A stretch of DNA of 63,804 nucleotides, the filler included, from Octopus bimaculoides (lineage: Eukaryota): assembly GCF_001194135.2 (NCBI RefSeq). It is 6 parts of 6 records of this genome, joined end to end, with 100 filler letters (N's around TTAATTAATTAA, not from the genome) between each part and the next. Parts side by side here need not be neighbours in the genome. Positions count along the whole stretch, not along the records: positions 5,114 to 24,609 come from NC_068986.1; positions 24,710 to 44,253 come from NC_068998.1; 4 more parts are not named here. The stretch is one strand, 5' to 3'. Every line of letters starts with the position of its first letter. Position 1 is the stretch's first letter. The notes beneath the pieces were generated by a model. The model was given only the letters and a program-made list of their open reading frames with translations. It made no database searches and was not told where the DNA came from. Shown here in pieces: positions 12,455-25,164 of the stretch. Both the position numbers and the translations under genes were made by a program.

Positions 12455-13016
12455 GGGCAGGAGAAGGGGAAGGGGCTGAGGGGAGGGTCATTTTGCTACT
12501 AAGAAGAATGACACACATACATACACAAACACACACACATACACACACATGTATACACATACACACACAAACACAGACGCAAACGCATGTGCATATAAGG
12601 ATACACGTCATACAAGAACTGAATGGAATAAGCGGAGCAAAAGCATACACGAAGGCGAAAAGTGTCGCTGAAGAGGTCACAGATGTATAACGAAAGATTT
12701 CCGGACAATGGACATGAGTTAGAATAAGAATAGTAATAAACGAGTGAAGAACGAATATATAGTGCGTGTCTTTATTTTGCAAAAATACAATAGTGTTGTA
12801 TTTCGGGACGGTCATTTTTATACTGTTTTCTACTCCATCCTTCTCAAATTCCCTTTTTCTATCCTTCACCGTTTTCTATCTGTCTGTCTGTCTCTCTCCC
12901 TCTTTTTTTTCTCTCTCTCTCTCTCTCGTTACTCACACGTGACCGTTGTCCTTCTCTCTTTTCCTCACGTGACCATCTTTCTTTTCCTCCAGGACGTCCA
13001 AAGGACTGGATGTCCT
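12455..13016. promoter_or_regulatory. Possible regulatory region: G-quadruplex motif and paired GGTCACGTG E-boxes
   Basis: GGGGAAGGGGCTGAGGGGAGGG (12466-12487); CACGTGACC at 12936-12944 and 12966-12974; CpG retained. Function is inference only. Confidence 0.3.
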
Positions 13017-13846
13017 CTATCTCTCTCTTCCCTCTTTCCTCTTTTCAAAGAAAATATTTCTCCAGCGTTTGCTATTTTACCCTCGTTCTGGTCTAACGAC
13101 CCTCTATCTTTGTTTTCGTTCGGTTTCCTTTTATGTCTCCACTGACCTGTTTTTGTTTCCAACTTTGACCATCCATAAATCCCAAATTTTATTTTGGTAT
13201 TTATGGGAGCCACTGTCTTCGAAGACTCATATTATCATTTAATGCTCGAAACAAGGAGTAGATAGACAGTCGACATCTGAAGAACGGTCGTTCTTTGTGT
13301 TACTTGCCCTGTCTTCCATTTTTTCTCATGTTGTTTGCGCATTTAACTCATTTGTTTTCGTATTTCATGTTGTTTACTGTTGGTGACGTCCTGTACCCAT
13401 ATATGCATATATATATATATATGTCATTTATATTATATTATATNNNNNNNNNNNNNNNNNNNNNNNNNNNNNNNNNNNNNNNNNNNNNNNNNNNNNNNNN
13501 NNNNNNNNNNNNNNNNNNNNNNNNNNNNNNNNNNNNNNNNNNNNNNNNNNNNNNNNNNNNNNNNNNNNNNNNNNNNNNNNNNNNNNNNNNNNNNNNNNNN
13601 NNNNNNNNNNNNNNNNNNNNNNNNNNNNNNNNNNNNNNNNNNNNNNNNNNNNNNNNNNNNNNNNNNNNNNNNNNNNNNNNNNNNNNNNNNNNNNNNNNNN
13701 NNNNNNNNNNNNNNNNNNNNNNNNNNNNNNNNNNNNNNNNNNNNNNNNNNNNNNNNNNNNNNNNNNNNNNNNNNNNNNNNNNNNNNNNNNNNNNNNNNNN
13801 NNATATATATATATATACATATTAATTATAATAAAGGGTAAAAATC

Positions 13847-14496
13847 ATTAATTATAATAAAGGGTAAAATTCATTAATGATTTTACCAGGTGATCTGCGC
13901 GGAAATAAAAACTTTATAGGTAAATTTTACAAATATTTTAATTATTATATACATGATTATAACATGGGATTGGCTATAAGCCTCTCCACGCGCTAGAGAA
14001 ATAGATGCCTAAAGACGCTATCACTACTTAAAAAACTCTGACAATTAAAACACGAGCTGTAGTCGGGCAAAAGAAAGATAATGAATTAAACTAATGAATT
14101 AACCGTATACAAGATCATGTTTCAAGCTTAAGGTAAAAAAAATATATATACCTAACTACCCTCAACAGCAACGACATTCCATAGTATAAATTGACGAGTA
14201 TCTACACATACGTATACGAGCAGCGACCTCGTACAGCAATATATATACACACTCATGGAAATATACAGTAAAGTAGAATTTCCATTTCTCTTTCCAGCCA
14301 TGTGTAGTATATCGAAACATATTATGCAGTGAATGCAGTTTTGATCAAGGGGTACATTTTTCAAATATTAATTATAATGAAGGGTAAAAATCATTAATGA
14401 TTTTACCAAGGGTTAAGCATGGAAATAAAAACCTTATAGGTAAATTTTACAAATATTTTAATAATTATATACATAATTATAACAAGGGATTGGCTA
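13847..14496 (+). repeat. ~130-bp imperfect direct repeat (13847-13976 and 14367-14496)
   Basis: Both copies run attaattataat.aagggtaaaa...ggtaaattttacaaatattttaat...gggattggcta. The first copy is preceded by a 26-bp tandem duplication (13821-13846). Confidence 0.9.
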
Positions 14497-15333
14497 CAAT
14501 CAATAAAGTGGGGATGCTCAACGTGATCAGGAATATAGATCTGTTCGATTATGGTTGAACTAGGGTTAGACAGTTAGATCAATAACAATTTAGTTGGCAG
14601 GTAAAGTTTCATATACCGTTCTCGCTCTTTGCGTTGTATACACTAAATTCTCAATGACTCAGTTCAATTAGTAACAAATAATATAAATAGGGAGTATACT
14701 TCGACTTTTACATGTGATTTATATCATTTTTGTTTCACTTTAAACAAACCGGAACTAAGTATCGAAATATGGACTCAGGAGACTCATTAAAGAGTTAACC
14801 TTTGGTGTTTGCTGCGGTAAATTGCCAGGAAATTGAACAATCAATACGTTTTTGATTAGTTAGTAGTAATAAGTTCAAACCCTCCCAAAAATCAAGGAAA
14901 AACTGCTTAGGTGCATAAAAAGATAATGAAATCAGTTGGATTGCCATGAGTTCAATGCCCTCGCGACGTCTTCAATTTTATAAAGTGCTGAGAAAAAAAC
15001 AAACAAAAGCAAAAACAAAAAACTTACATACGTTATATACTCCCCCACCACCAAGCACACATACTCGACAACACTAGCTATAATGAGATTGTGATATAAA
15101 TTCTCATACATACACAAACACACGTGCAAATTCACATATAAAATGGTACTCACAAGTACAAAAAAACACACAATGACCAACAGAGATAAATGAAATATTT
15201 ACGCACAATAACATAAACACAAGCCTACTATACTACAATGACTGACACACGCGAATGCAATCAGAAACACAAACATGTAGTCACGCTAACAACCACGCAT
15301 ACAATTTAAGGAGATTATCACAATTATATATTT

Positions 15334-15391
<58 letters not shown>

Positions 15392-15965
15392 GAATACATA
15401 CATGCATACATACACGCATTTATACATACATACATGCATGCATACATACATGCATGCATACATGCATACATACATATATACATACATACATCCATCCATC
15501 CATCCATACATACATACATACATACATATTTGCATACGTGATATTGGTGGAAACTAAAAATAAAAGCAGCAACCAAATTAAACCTCACCGACCTCATATG
15601 GCTCTTTGAGCAACCAATAAAAGATAAAACTTTCTCAATAGGGTAAGAATAGAGCAAAAGACTAGGGCCCATTATTCTTTTCTACTCTAGGTACAAGGCC
15701 CGAACTTTTGGGGTAGGGGGATAGTCGATCAGATTGGCCCCAGTACACAACTGGTACTTAATTTTCTTGTTTCTGGATTAGAAATCGAGTCTTTCTCTCT
15801 TGATAAGAAATATGAAAAATTAAGCCGTAAGAACACATACATACATACATACATACATACAGACGGACAGACAGACAAACAGACACACAAAATCCAAATA
15901 TACCCACGCCTTTAAAAATGATATATGAAAAAAAAAATCTCACCTACCTTGTTTTATTAATAGTG

Positions 15966-16017
<52 letters not shown>

Positions 16018-17236
16018 ATAATGTATATATATTTATATGTATCCAAACAATTTTTTGTAGAATTGCTGATTCTTGTTTATAGAAACTTTGTGTCCTGGAA
16101 CGAAATTACCCATTTCAGTAGATTATAAATACATGTTACATCTTTTAAAGTAGGAAGCATCAATAGATAACAAGCCACATTTTATCAGATTAACTCCGAA
16201 CTTCAGCAGACGACTGAAAAATGGTGTAGCAGACGATAAATTCAGAGGCCATGGAAGTACTTGAGGAGAGGAGAAGAACCTCTTCAAATGTATTGATAAA
16301 AAAAATATATCAGCAGAAAATACTGCGAACAATTTTGCAACGTACAGGGGTATTTTTTTCAGCAGAAGATAATGAGGGTGTTTCATCAGGCAATAAATGG
16401 CATGTTTTAGCTGACTATTTTAGAAAACATTTTCTTTTTTAACTGACAATAAACATGTTAGCACATGATAGTAGATGCTTCAGACTGACGCACTTCAACA
16501 GCCAATAGAAATCAACACAGAAAATGAAAGTAATGCGTGTGTGTTTGCGTGTGTGTGTGTGTGTTTGAGTGTATGTGTATGTGTGAATGTGTGTGCATGT
16601 GTGTACGTGTGTGAGTTTGTAAATAAGCATATATATATACATATACATATATATGTATATGTGTGTATGTGCGTGCCCACATGAGTGTGTGTGTGTGTGT
16701 TAATTGCGGTTTATAAATTCAGCAGTATATCTAGTTTCACTGGTGCAGTACATGATGTGTATTTCCTACCTGGCCAATATGCATATCAATTAATATGATC
16801 GCCTGTTATAGTTAATCATGTCAATTAATGAAAACATATATGGCTGTGTTTTGTGTTCTCAGATCTGCTAAGGGTTCTTTTAGTTATATTAGGGAACCTA
16901 TCATCGTGGGTGAGCGTGGGTTGGACATATTCTTTCATTTGTCTGTCTATATCCACATGCAGACATCCAAAAATTCAGTTTAAATTAAAAAGTAAATGTG
17001 AGGCTCGAAAAACATGAGAAGGAAGGTTTTTGATTATAAATATTATGCATCAAATGAGAATAAGAGAGAGGACAAATGAGAGAGTAGTGATAAAGCGAGA
17101 ATGAAAAGCAACAGAAGGAAGAGAGATGAAAAAGAAAGGGAAATACGTGCAGGGTCTACAATTATTTATAAGTAGACCTTTACAAAAGATTCCTACGCAA
17201 TTTCACATTTAGCATTTTAGTTAACAAACAAAACAC

Positions 17237-17297
<61 letters not shown>

Positions 17298-17784
17298 AAT
17301 CGAGCAAATACATAATGGAAGTGTTTAGGAGAGAATAATGATGATAATGATGATGACAATAACAATAAATAATTATATTAATAAATAATAACAATAGGCC
17401 GGTAAACAGGTTTTTCGTTCTTTATCCAAATAATTTGCTTAGACTGATGATAGAGATGCCTCAGCTGCTTCTACTGCTGGTGATGATGACCAAGATGGCA
17501 ATGGCGATAATGCTCCTGTTGCTATTGTTGATGATGATAATGACTGTGTTCCCAATGATTATGATAATAAAATAAAAATGAAAAATTAAACAAAAAACAA
17601 AAACAAACAAACATCGGTAAGTTCAATATGATATTCAGATGAGAGACTATCGAAACCTATAAGATCAACAGACGTACGAACGGAATGCAAAAACTCAACT
17701 AAAATGAAAAAAATCTCAAATATATTGCTTTGGCTATACATGCATACATGCATGCATACATATATATATATGTATGCCTGTATG

Positions 17785-17818
<34 letters not shown>

Positions 17819-18018
17819 TGTATGTATGTAGGCGTGTATGTATGCATGTAATTATGTTTGTATGTACGTACGTATGTATGTATATATATATATATCTTTT
17901 TATCCATATGTATTTGGCTTTGGCTATACATATATATATGTGTGTTCTGTGTGTGTGTGTGTGTGCATGTGAGTTATGTATGTATGTATGCATGTATTAT
18001 GTGTGTATGTATGTATGT

Positions 18019-18070
<52 letters not shown>

Positions 18071-18437
18071 CTTTCAATTGGTGAAGTGATGTTTTCCGTT
18101 CTAGCTTTAAAATAGGTAAATGTACAAACACTTGCATGCTGCACGGCTCTTGGTCACGTGGTACTATTAGTATTTCTACAAGTTGATAGTAGCCTAATTG
18201 ATAAAAACAAAATGTGGTAATTTCTAGGTGAAAAGCCAGTATGTTGGGAACTGTTTTGTGAAATTTTGTTTGGAATATGTCTCGAAACCAGTAGTTATCT
18301 GTTCATAAGATAACAACGCTCTGATAATTATGTGTTAATATTGATTTATAGCGTTGGCTCAAAGGCACACGTCTATAGATGATGAGTGGTTACTCGGTTT
18401 TTTATTCCTTTTTTTTTACCTCTTTCTCCTCATTTAG

Positions 18438-18625
18438 TCAAGAAGGGAAAAGTAGCGTTCCTGATGCTTTACTTTTCCAAGGTTTCCCGAGACTTGTGGA
18501 AGGAAGCTATCCTCAAACTGGATACTTGGCCTCAGATACCTGCAACAGAATGAACTCTGCTAAGGTATCTTAGGAACAGGAAGCGGTGTTAAACAGGGCG
18601 ATGGATTAAGTCTACTATTCTTGAA
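18438..18625 (+). mobile_element. Possible decayed LINE RT fragment
   Basis: SGVKQGDGLSLLF (18582-18620) resembles RT motif G..QGD.LSP.LF; upstream VAFL...KVSRDLW resembles the DF.KAFD region, but the spacing is short. Confidence 0.4.
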
Positions 18626-19087
18626 CTCAGAACGCTAAGAGCCAGAACAAATACTGCAAAGCGTTTTATCTGGCTCTTATTATTCCACCTTTCAACTGTT
18701 CTTGTCTGATACGTATTTCATCGTTCCCGAAAGGAGGAAAAGCCAAGTTAGCCTCGGTAAGGTCGGAAAAAAACACACAATGCATTTTATCCTGAGCTCT
18801 GTCGATTCTGCTTATTTTATTGATCTCAAAGCATTAAAGTGATGCGACAAAGAGTCATTGTACAAACTGCTGTGCTCACCATATTAATGCACCCAAATAT
18901 TTTGGCTTTGTTTTTGTTAGATTGAGGTGCTGTTTAAGTTGCGCAGATCATAAGTGTTCGTAAAAACTTATCAGTCTGTAGCATTTGTTAAGGCGTGGCC
19001 CTCACGACACAGCGTTGGATAGCGTTGAAAATAAGTTCATTTCCAGAGATAACCTCTTTTCGTGTGTTTACTTTTACTATAATGGCT

Positions 19088-19151
<64 letters not shown>

Positions 19152-19456
19152 TGATGATGATGATGATGATGATGTTTAGTTTATTTTTGAAATAATAATA
19201 ATAGTAGCGATAACAATAGTGCTATCTTTTGATTAAGGCAGTAGTCCAATTTTGCAAGAAAGAGGTGGAGTAGATTGAACTGGCTCCATTATGTTACTAG
19301 CATTTATCTTATCTATGTTGAAGTGATGAAACAAAATAGTCGACAACGGTGACACTAGAACTCAAGACTGAGGAACAAAATTAGATATCGAAAATATCGC
19401 CACCTTTTTGATTAAAAATGATGATGATGGTAGCGACTGGTGGATATATATATATA

Positions 19457-20070
19457 TTATTTATTTATTTATTTATTCGTTTCAGCCAAGTGGCTGCGGT
19501 CCTGCTGGAGCACCACCATGACTTTCCCTCCTTATGTTGTGCTCTCTTCACGTTCCTTGCATGGCTCTTCTCCGCCACCTGATGTAGTCCAATCAAGACT
19601 TTCGATGGCACATCTGGTGTATAAGAGAATTTGGCATCGCTGCCCTCAACTGTGTCTCATTTCGAGCCATCGGTTCGTCGTAGATAGGAAAGCGTCGAGT
19701 TTTGTTTTGAAGACCTCTATATCCATGTCTTGCAGGTCTCTCAATTGTTTTGGTAGGGCATTAAAGAGCTGAGGTTCTTTGAAACCGAGGCTATTGCAAT
19801 ACCTTGTTCTTATGTGAGATGCAGTTGACGGTACCCTGGTACTTTGCAGTGGCGACCTGTGCGGGCATTCGTGTAGTACTTGATACCAAAGTTTGGGGTA
19901 AGTCCTTCCAGTATTTTTCATATGTAAATTATTATATATCTCTCCCGCCTGCGCTCCAGGGAGTAGAGACTTAGTGCCTTCAGTCGCTCCCTGTAGTTCA
20001 TCTGCTGGACTGTGGCGATCTTTTTTGTATAGTGACGCTGAATTGCCTCGAGTTCTGTTGTTAGCTTGAC
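19457..20070 (-). mobile_element. 3' fragment of a CR1/L2-group LINE (ORF2 C-terminus, 3'UTR stem-loop, (TAAA)n tail)
   Basis: Minus-strand translation ELEAIQRHYTKKI...YRERLKALSL and PQLFNALPKQLRDL...FKTKLDAFLST. 3' end ggtgctccagcaggaccgcagccacttggctgaaacga followed by (ataa)n at 19457-19476. Confidence 0.82.
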
Positions 20071-20082
20071 ACTATATATATA

Positions 20083-20147
<65 letters not shown>

Positions 20148-20450
20148 NNNNNNNNNNNNNNNNNNNNNNNNNNNNNNNNNNNNNNNNNNNNNNNNNNNNN
20201 NNNNNNNNNNNNNNNNNNNNNNNNNNNNNNNNNNNNNNNNNNNNNNNNNNNNNNNNNNNNNNNNNNNNNNNNNNNNNNNNNNNNNNNNNNNNNNNNNNNN
20301 NNNNNNNNNNNNNNNNNNNNNNNNNNNNNNNNNNNNNNNNNNNNNNNNNNNNNNNNNNNNNNNNNNNNNNNNNNNNNNNNNNNNNNNNNNNNNNNNNNNN
20401 NNNNNNNNNNNNNNNNNNNNNNNNNNNNNNNNNNTGAATGTATGTATATA

Positions 20451-20493
<43 letters not shown>

Positions 20494-20585
20494 TCACATA
20501 GGTACTAAGTCCAATGTAAGTTGTAGATCCAACCTCGGGATTGTCTCAGAAATGGCAATAAAAGAAGAGCGCGAGTTTAAAATTT

Positions 20586-20674
20586 TATAACAGCTGTTTC
20601 AGCAGTAATTTTTATTGATGAATATTTTAATTGTTTCGATTACATCAAGTAAAAATCTGCCCTCATCAGATGAC
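20586..20674 (-). ncRNA. Hammerhead ribozyme motif with extended stem II, degenerate stem I
   Basis: CUGAUGA (20663-20669); ~17-bp bulged stem gcagauuuuuacuugaug/caucaauaaaaauuacugc; GAA-ACAGCUGU (perfect palindrome, 20590-20597). Confidence 0.65.
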
Positions 20675-21185
20675 TTTAAAAACATAATCATATAGGAATG
20701 TACAGGATTTGAACTGATCTGCTTTCTTAGTGTTTAGCTAGACAAGTGTATATGTATGTGTACACTCCTGTATATAGGTCAGTGAGGTGTAGTGTGTATC
20801 TATATATAAGTATATGTGAAATATAATAATAATAGTAATAATAATAATAATAATAATAAATAGCAACAAAAGAATGAGACCTCGATATTAGATAAATAGA
20901 GGAATTCATATATATGGTGTAGTATAGGACAATCAGTAAGTTGTCACAATAGGATTCAGAGTTTCAAATGCTGGAGCTAAGAGCTACGATGCATTTTCGT
21001 CGGCTATTTTGACAATAGACGCCATGAAAAAAAACCGTTGATTAAAAGGGAAGTTACTCTAATAGACAGGAAAAATTATAAAAGATTAAAAAAATTATAA
21101 TAAATACATGCAACTATATTCTCACAATACACATAAAACCTTCTGCGTACGTAAAGTCTACATACGTACACACTCACACAAACAT

Positions 21186-21224
<39 letters not shown>

Positions 21225-21235
21225 NNNNNNNNNNC

Positions 21236-21271
<36 letters not shown>

Positions 21272-22719
21272 CATACATGTACAAAACATATACGTGCATT
21301 TACGTGCTCATATACAATCTCAACACGCACACACGCATATACCTATACACACGCATGTATATATATATACATACACATACATGTATAAATATACACACAC
21401 ATACGTATATATGTTCGCAACTTCATCTTCATATACACATAGATGTATGCTTACAAATATATTAGACATTTATCTATATAAAATATACTCACATATATAC
21501 ACAGACACATACATATATACATACTCGTACAGGCATGTATTCACACTCACCGCATATATGAATATACATATATGTACATATGTATACAGATATACACATA
21601 CATGCATATACACTCTCCTATCAACACACAACTGCAGATATACATACATATACGCGTAGACGTATATACACACATACACACATACACATTTAATATATGC
21701 ATACATATGTATATACTCACATACGTATTCAATCACACAAAAAGGAAAAAATGAAAAAATATTTAAAAATATTAAAAAATATATATAACAGTAAAAATGT
21801 TAAGACATGGAAGGCTTGTACAAGAACATTATAAATAAACTGCGATTAAAAGGTGATAAAAAATATTATAGACCTGTACAGATATAATGGAATGAAAATA
21901 TATATATANNNNNNNNNNNNNNNNNNNNNNNNNNNNNNNNNNNNNNNNNNNNNNNNNNNNNNNNNNNNNNNNNNNNNNNNNNNNNNNNNNNNNNNNNNNN
22001 NNNNNNNNNNNNNNNNNNNNNNNNNNNNNNNNNNNNNNNNNNNNNNNNNNNNNNNNNNNNNNNNNNNNNNNNNNNNNNNNNNNNNNNNNNNNNNNNNNNN
22101 NNNNNNNNNNNNNNNNNNNNNNNNNNNNNNNNNNNNNNNNNNNNNNNNNNNNNNNNNNNNNNNNNNNNNNNNNNNNNNNNNNNNNNNNNNNNNNNNNNNN
22201 NNNNNNNNNNNNNNNNNNNNNNNNNNNNNNNNNNNNNNNNNNNNNNNNNNNNNNNNNNNNNNNNNNNNNNNNNNNNNNNNNNNNNNNNNNNNNNNNNNNN
22301 NNNNNNNNNNNNNNNNNNNNNNNNNNNNNNNNNNNNNNNNNNNNNNNNNNNNNNNNNNNNNNNNNNNNNNNNNNNNNNNNNNNNNNNNNNNNNNNNNNNN
22401 NNNNNNNNNNNNNNNNNNNNNNNNNNNNNNNNNNNNNNNNNNNNNNNNNNNNNNNNNNNNATATATATATATATATATATAAGTGTTCGGACTGTTCGGG
22501 CTTAGCCCGGTGCATTTGCAAGCAGATTTACTTTCTGCCAACATTGACTTCAAGTATGTAATTACAGCTAATAACTCAGGCTCCTTTTATTGAGCCTGGT
22601 CGCAGTTCATTTATTTTCGTTCAGCATTTGGTGGTCATCCTAGAGGTGACCTGTGTCATAAAATACCATTCGTAGCACACGTTCTCTCGACATCGTTTAC
22701 ACGCGCCTGACTCGGACTC

Positions 22720-22843
22720 AGAAGTTACAGCCCAAGTTGTTATCTATAATAGAAGTTACAGCCCAAGTTGTTATCTATAATAGAAGTTACAGCCCAAGTT
22801 GTTATCTATAATAGAAGTTACAGCCCAAGTTGTTATCTATAAT
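22720..22843. repeat. 31-bp minisatellite, 4 perfect copies
   Basis: Unit agaagttacagcccaagttgttatctataat repeated exactly four times. Confidence 0.97.
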
Positions 22844-23460
22844 CGTAAAAATCAAAAGTAATTCAAATTCTATGTTTTCTTGAAACAATAAATTTCTCTA
22901 GGGATTAGATTGGAATAAATTAGAGATTCCAATCTATGAAATATTTCCGTTCTAAAACATTCTTAAAGGAACAAAAAATTATCCAGCAACTCGGGCTAAT
23001 ACGAACGATCCAGGTAGGTGTAAAAGACTAACTGGTATCTCTTGTCAAGAGTACAGGTGAGAGTCAGATCGCTGGGGTTGTTGTGCATTTTGCTGTCGTT
23101 GCTGTTATTCTGTGCATCTGTGTGTAAAGATCAGTTGTCTTTTGTAGGGTTGCTCTATTTTTACGCTTAACTTAGAAATGGTGACAGACATAGTTCTAGT
23201 ATAAAACTTAAGCCATTTGAGGCCAGAAATAAAGCGGAAAAACGTGAAATTCTTCGAGCAGGCATGTGTCTTATGCAAAATATGTGATGAGGCCGAGTGA
23301 CGCTGTTAACCTGGCGTCGCCTCTGGTATATATACAAACCGTCAAAAGCTTGTTTATTTTTATGCTTTTTGATTTATTATTAGTGTTGCTTAATATGTTT
23401 TGCTAAAATTGCTGTTTCTTTTCAGTTATCATCAGAAAAAGGTAATTAAAATTCATTAAA

Positions 23461-24537
23461 ATGACAGATCTATCGGACTTTCAAAGAGATCAAATTGTTG
23501 TCACGGCAGGTACTAGCGTAACGAAAACAGCCGAAATTATTTGGTGTATGACGAAGTACTGTCTTGAAAGTAAGGACATCCTTTGAGAAAGGGGGAAAAA
23601 CCTCCTTGTCAAAACCAAACTCCAGAAGAAAACCAAAACTTTCAGATAAGGGTCGTCGGACTCTTACGCGAATTGTCAGAAAGGATCACAAACGTGCAGC
23701 TCCCAAAATTACTGCAGGGCTTAATGATCACCTCGAGAACCTAGTTTTCACAAAAACTGTTCGCCGGGAGCTCTTCAAAGCCCGATTTCACGGGAGGGCT
23801 GCAATCAGAAAACCAACACTTTCAAAAACAGACGCTGCAAAGCGTTTCGAGTGGAGTAAAAACCTACAGAATTGGTCCCTAGAGCAGTGGACGAATGTAA
23901 TTTTCTCGGACAAGTCATCCTTTACCTTATTTCCGACCACCGGGCGAGTATACTTGTGGAGACAGCCAAAAGATGCATTTGACACAGCTGCCTTCTTCCA
24001 ACTGTTAATCATGGAGGAGGATTTCTGATGATCTGGGGGCTATATCTTGGAAATCCGCTGGCCTAATGGTTTCTGTTCATGGCAGAATTAATAGTCAAGA
24101 CTATTTAAGCATTTTATCTGATCAAATGCATCCTATGGTTGCGGAACTGCTGCTGGAGGGAAACGCAATCTTTCAGGATGGTAATGCACCAATTCAGACA
24201 GCTAAAGTTGTTACTGAATGGCACGAGGAACATTCTAGTGAAGTTTAACATCTTATCTGGCCACCACAGTCCCCAGATCTCATTATTATTGAACATTTAT
24301 GGTGCATTTTAGAAAAACAAGTAAGGAGTCGATATCCTCCACCATCATCACGACAAGAACTGGAGTCTGTTTTAGCTGAAGAATGGAGAAAAATTCCTTT
24401 GGAAATAATTCAAACTTTGTACGAGTCCATACCTGGTAGAATTCAAGTTGTAATTACTGCCAAAGGCGGTCCTACCCCATATTAAAATAAATTTGTTTGA
24501 AATTTTAAAGTGTTTCCATTATTTTGTCCAACCCCTG

Positions 24538-24539
<2 letters not shown>
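23461..24539 (+). mobile_element. Tc1-family DNA transposon (DD34E transposase pseudogene) with right TIR; left TIR not found
   Basis: ATG at 23461 (MTDLSDFQRDQIV), HTH region, catalytic motifs FSDKS, FQDGNA and WPPQSPDLIIIEHLW, end AKGGPTPY* at 24485. Several frameshifts and stops. TIR-like end ccattattttgtccaacccctg followed by TA at 24538-24539. Confidence 0.93.
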
Positions 24540-24609
<70 letters not shown>

Positions 24610-25082
24610 NNNNNNNNNNNNNNNNNNNNNNNNNNNNNNNNNNNNNNNNNNNNTTAATTAATTAANNNNNNNNNNNNNNNNNNNNNNNNNNNNNNNNNNN
24701 NNNNNNNNNCCACCTTCCTAAAACTATATAAAAATAGAAATAAGAACAAATATAATAGTATTAGTAGTGGTAATAATGGTAGTAATGGTGATAGTAATGG
24801 TAATGATAGAAATAAAAATTAAAATAAATAGACAAAAATATTGATATTAAAATAATAATAAAAATATGGATACAATGGTAGTATTTATTTTTTATCATGG
24901 CTTACGTTGGATTTGAAACCTAATAGTTTTAGTTACCAAACCTGCCTGACTATTCTAAAGGGTATACTAAAAATTAAACTTTTCTTTTTTTTTTTTTTTT
25001 GGTCTGGTCCATATTTATTTAAGCTTTCTTTCATAATTATTTCTTTCGGCTGTTGCCTTCGTTGATGTCTGTGTGTGTTCTT

Positions 25083-25164
25083 TACCCTGAAGACGGGGTT
25101 AGCACTAGTTTGTGCTCTATTGTGTTCTTTATACGGTGATATACCCCCGAAATGGTCATAGGTG
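25083..25164 (+). ncRNA. Type I minimal hammerhead ribozyme motif with long stem II loop
   Basis: UACC-CUGAAGA-C-GGGGU(43 nt)ACCCC-C-GAA-AUGGUCAU-A-GGUG. Stem III is self-complementary with G.U pairs; cleavage triplet AUA. Confidence 0.72.

Noticed and set aside
17440-17570. Acidic low-complexity reading frame (DDDQDGNGDN)
   Set aside because: Degenerate (GAT)n/(GCT)n microsatellite without exon signals.
22720-22843. CRISPR-like array
   Set aside because: Repeats are contiguous with no spacers; eukaryotic context; no cas genes.
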